A DNA stretch of 64,000 nucleotides, taken from positions 1,116,001 to 1,180,000 of the forward strand of contig OZ287084.1 of assembly GCA_965645245.1 (NCBI GenBank), read 5' to 3'. The position numbers were made by a program, and so were the translations under genes. Positions 60,001 through 64,000 of this stretch are shown here, piece after piece. The notes beneath the pieces are model-generated. The model did no database searches, was not told the origin of the DNA, and saw nothing but the letters and a program-made list of their open reading frames with translations. The stretch comes from Massalongia carnosa. Its lineage: Eukaryota. Every line of letters starts with the position of its first letter. The stretch's first letter is position 1.

Positions 60001-60472
60001 ATAGCAGCGAAAATCCAACTGGGGTTATGTGTTCATGCTGAACAATGGACCAATAAGCTGGTGTTCCAAAAGACAAATAACCGTCACATTGTCATCAACC
60101 GAAGCAGAGTATATGGCACTCACCTTAGCAGCAAAGGAGGCAACATGGCTACGTTTACTGATGACCGAACTCGGATTGATCACTTCTGATGACGGATCCC
60201 CGACAATAAACGTGTTAAGAGGAGAAGGCACAATTGCATTGAAAGGCGACAATCAAAGCGCCATAGCACTGGCCAATAACCCCGTATTACACTCCAGGAC
60301 CAAGCATATCGACATTCAGCACTACTTTATACGAAACGAGGTGCTAGAAGGAAGAATCGACCTCACCTATGTTCCGACCGAAGACATGATTGCAGATGGA
60401 CTGACAAAAACCCTCACGCACGTCAAGTTCTTCTCCTTTATCAGACAGCTCAACATGGACAAACAGACATGA
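57094..60472 (+). pseudogene. Copia gag-pol, heavily disrupted
   Basis: Gag remnant; integrase FRTDFGAE and NGVAER; RT FKARWVVKG and FVDDL; RNase [27 protein letters not shown]; many stops, frameshifts and deletions. Confidence 0.92.
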
Positions 60473-63400
60473 GAGGTAAAGAAGTTCAACCACGGTTGAA
60501 TCCACGATGGAAACAAGTACTGGTAGGACTTGAGGGGGGGTGTTGAATATCCAATTCCTACCAGCACAATGAACACCTATCAGTACGATGAACATAGCAC
60601 CTACGGCTGCCCTAGATGGACAGATCATCTACGGAAACCGTAGATGCCGCATTAGGCTTAGTCCCAAGATAAGATAAGATCACCTCGCTTAGAAGGGGGT
60701 GACCAGTAATAGGAAAAGATTGCTGCCTAGCAACTCTTCATCCTTAACATCACGGTCATACATACCTTTATTATTACATAGCCATATAGCCATAGTCATA
60801 TACCTATTTCAACAGTATTCAACCTAAGGTTATGACACTAAACTATTTTAGGATATGTTTCTATATTACAAATAAATCAACCCTTTATAACCCATCTATG
60901 TATCGTCAATTTTTCCCTATTTTTACTCCGTGTTAGGCCTCGCTTCGTCACTTAAGCTTGACATGCGCCGTTGAAGAGTGGAATACGACATTGTTGTATG
61001 ACGTATGGTTCTACGCAGAGGGCGTGTTGGTCACGTGAAGGGGGTGTCTTAATAATGTATGTTATTGATCTATGCCCTTAGAATAAGGTGGGTATCGACC
61101 TCTTTATCCTACAGACGTGTCTCCCCCTAAGACTCCCTTATCGGATAGCCCCCAGCTATCTGATTGGTCCAAATGGCTCCCGGCCCCTTTGGGCGGTTAG
61201 TGCCATCCGACATGGGTTTCCAGCCGTCCCCCTGAGACGGCATGTGGCCGACAGCGGAATCAGCCCATTAGGGTCGGGCCGAGTTCGGCGGCCGAGTCCA
61301 TGCTGATGTCCCTTTTCCGTATCCTTCTCCGTAGTCTCTATGGCAGGTCCTGACAATTGTCAAGCCAAGTTGACATAAAGTATCCAAAACTCTGCGCCTG
61401 GCGCCACCCTAATAGATATAAAGGCCCATGACGCTCTGAAAATTTGTTGACGTATTCGGGTGCAACATGTGACAAAAGAGGGACAATATAGTTGACTGCC
61501 GCCCGACCGGAATAGCGCGCTAAGGATGAGTAGACTCGTTGTGAAGGGATAAACTGGGTTGTTGCGAACGATAGAAGGATGAAACAAACAAATAAATGAC
61601 CGGATCAACAGAGTCTCACTGTATCGCTAAAGGAATCGTTATGCCTATCAATGGCCGACTAGCTGTATGAATAAAAGTGTCTATGATAGCTGTATATTGA
61701 TAGCAGTATGATCCGAAGATAGATATCCCGAAAGATGAGAGGAAAAGTGTGAGAAAAAGACTCATATAACTAGAACGCCAAGACGCCAGCACCCGACCAC
61801 CTGACCTATCACCTGACTTGCCACCGAACCCTGTAGAGTTTCACTCCCTCCACATCGTCTCGGTAGGCATCACAACAAACGCGCTAAATAGGATCTAGCT
61901 ATCGTGGCGCCTTACTCATGATGACCGATGCGGCTCCTTTGAAGCTATTTAAGGTGCCCAGCTCGTCAGTCTCCGATGGTGGGTGGAAAGCCCCAAATCC
62001 GGCCGTTGCAACCAGTGCATTGAGCTCCGCTCGAAGGGCCTCCGCGACCCAAGTTCAACCCTGTTTATGAAGAATGATTGCCGCTCGATCCTAGCTTTGC
62101 CGTATAAAGTCTAGCTATAGAGATAACAAATTAATTATGAATCAATAACCGCTTGCAGCTGTCATTCTCTTACCATTTTCGAGACTCAACTAGATGTCCA
62201 TTGTAGACTGAGATCCGGGCCTTTTGTCTAACTTGCAACGAGGTTAAAAAGTGCACTCATTGTTCCTTGATGGCGTTCTACAGCGCGAATAGTCTGTCGT
62301 GAACACATAAATAACATATATAGAAAACGATTTTATGGTATAACACATTCGAGTTGTTATTTTACGCTTAATCGGGTAAGGCGGCTTGGTATTTTAACAT
62401 TTTCTCATTTATAAGGCAAACCTGCCTGTGAACTTAGTAAGTAAAGCCTAACTATAAAAAGTTAGACTTGTAGGCTAAATAAGTAGCGCCGAGTTAACCG
62501 GAAAAGGTTAATAAAGGCGAAGGCTAAGCCACAGCACGTGAGGTACTGAGGCAATCGGTCGCAAATATTCAGGTATCTCGGCAAATTCCAATACAATTGA
62601 GCCTTTGTCAGGGTCTCGACACGGGGACGAGGATCCTCGCCTCGATCGGGGACAGAACGTCTAGACCCTGACAACGCGTCATCGGAGTTATCAGGATAGG
62701 AATTTCTTAGGAGTAGGACATCAGAGAGGGGTATATATTAGTCGTTTCGGTTCTTATAGATAGCTAGTTGTCAGTTTATCCATTCTATCCTCGCATGCCA
62801 TAGCCCTATAGGGCTCCCTCCCATCGCCTGTCACAATAACCTTACAACCTTCGCCAGTCCACCTGAACTATCCCCAGGATCGTCGGTCCTTCGGTTAGCA
62901 GATATCGGCCTCCACCTCGGAAGAGGTGAAACTACTAGCCAGCATCACGTAGAGGTTTCTGCTCGTTGCTAGCCGCTGACGATTCCTCTGCGTACATCCC
63001 TCGAATCTCTTACGAGTCCATTACTGCTATGTGGTGCGGTGGCCGATGGACTCATGGCGACTTTTGGAGAAACAGGTAGCGATTCTAGACATATTGTATG
63101 AATCGCATCGGCCTTTTCTACCCCGTGTTTCCTTTATCATTCCTTCATACTCTTTTGTAATGTTGTCGATGTGATCAAGACAGCCGAGGTAGACGATGAC
63201 ACCGACGGCGCGAGCAGACAGAAGGATGAGGATGATTTCTTGTCGCTTTCTTGGCGGATGACTTCCATGTTCCTTATGCAGAACTGCGGTTGTTGACGAA
63301 GGTGGACTAGTAGCGGAGTCGGAGGTGGAAGAGGCTGAAACGAAGGCTGAAATGGAGGCTCTGCTAGTAAACACGTCACGGTCTCCATAAAGAGACGAGA

Positions 63401-64000
63401 ATGACTAGCCAGTCCCCGGAATAGACGCCTGGCTGTCTGTAGCATGGTGGCGGTAGCGGAGATGGTCATTAAACACGCCGAAAGGTTGAATGGGGGCCAA
63501 CTAGCTGGCGAGATGAAGCGAAGCAAGATATGAAATTGTCAAGTGTGTGCGCTGGCACTTCTCGGATCCTTAGGGGGTGGTCATTTGAGGTTAGATTTCA
63601 TCTGATCATGAGAGTACTTTGTGACGAAGCGAGATAGTGAATAGCTTTCTACCATTGCGCCACCTGTCCTTCCCGACCAAAAGGCACAATACTTAGTCCG
63701 CAGACCAAGCTCTATTCTACTATAACTGGGTCTCCTGCTATGTTTGCTGTAGGTCCTGCCGTCCGCACCACGCTTGGTCGAACCGTTACATACTTCTTCA
63801 TCTCTTCACATTATTTATATCAGAGTGCTTTGTACACAGTCATGCATCGCTAGAAGGGATTCAGTGTTACTGTTTTTTTAAAGGTTTATGGTATCAGTAT
63901 TTCTTTTCAGTAAAACGTCTACTCTTTTCATCCGCTCTATTCATCTATTCGACTCGTTGATGATACTCATTCAAGGAGATACCAAACACTCCGTCCAACG

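Larger units (their letters stand above)
54555..60814 (+). mobile_element. Ty1/Copia LTR retrotransposon (274-bp LTRs at 54555-54828 and 60541-60814)
   Basis: TGTTGA..TCAACA LTRs, identical by eye; TSD GTATT; PBS and G-run PPT; IN-RT-RH domain order. Confidence 0.96.
54529..60936 (-). mobile_element. 143-bp 5'-truncated LINE D 3' end (54529-54554 + 60820-60936) split by Copia
   Basis: Reverse complement of the LINE tail; 13-bp TSD GCCTCGCTTCGTC at 54516-54528 and 60937-60949. Confidence 0.93.

Noticed and set aside
60950..64000. Host gene (e.g. ORFs 63027-63374 and 63137-63526)
   Set aside because: Short, with no recognisable domain or supportable exon structure; needs BLAST or RNA-seq.

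Overview
Gene-poor, transposon-saturated window of a eukaryotic genome, almost certainly a filamentous ascomycete (Tad1-type LINEs, chromoviruses, a Fot1/pogo element, a 52-nt GT..CTAAT..AG intron). Bases 1 to ~52 kb are a deeply nested pile of one Tad1/I-group LINE lineage (ORF1 with CCHC knuckles; ORF2 APE-RT-RNase H). Several subfamilies are present, provisionally labelled A-E here. Inserted into the pile are three Ty3/Gypsy chromoviruses (one fully intact), a 1.33-kb non-coding LTR element, a solo LTR, and truncated pogo and Tc1 transposons. Beyond 52.7 kb lie a solo LTR, a hAT-type MITE, a 143-bp LINE 3' end split by a Copia element carrying a ~30-copy 51-bp array, and ~3 kb of unassigned sequence. 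No host gene could be supported. Highlights: (1) all three chromoviruses and the non-coding LTR element have PBSs complementary to their own LTR (self-priming); (2) the full-length LINE's 1.8-kb 5' UTR holds four tRNA T-arm/B-box hairpin modules with compensatory changes; (3) target-site duplications reveal a 23.7-kb nest and a LINE-insertion-mediated deletion; (4) the Copia has identical LTRs but a destroyed coding region. Coordinates were read by eye; some junctions may be off by a few bases.
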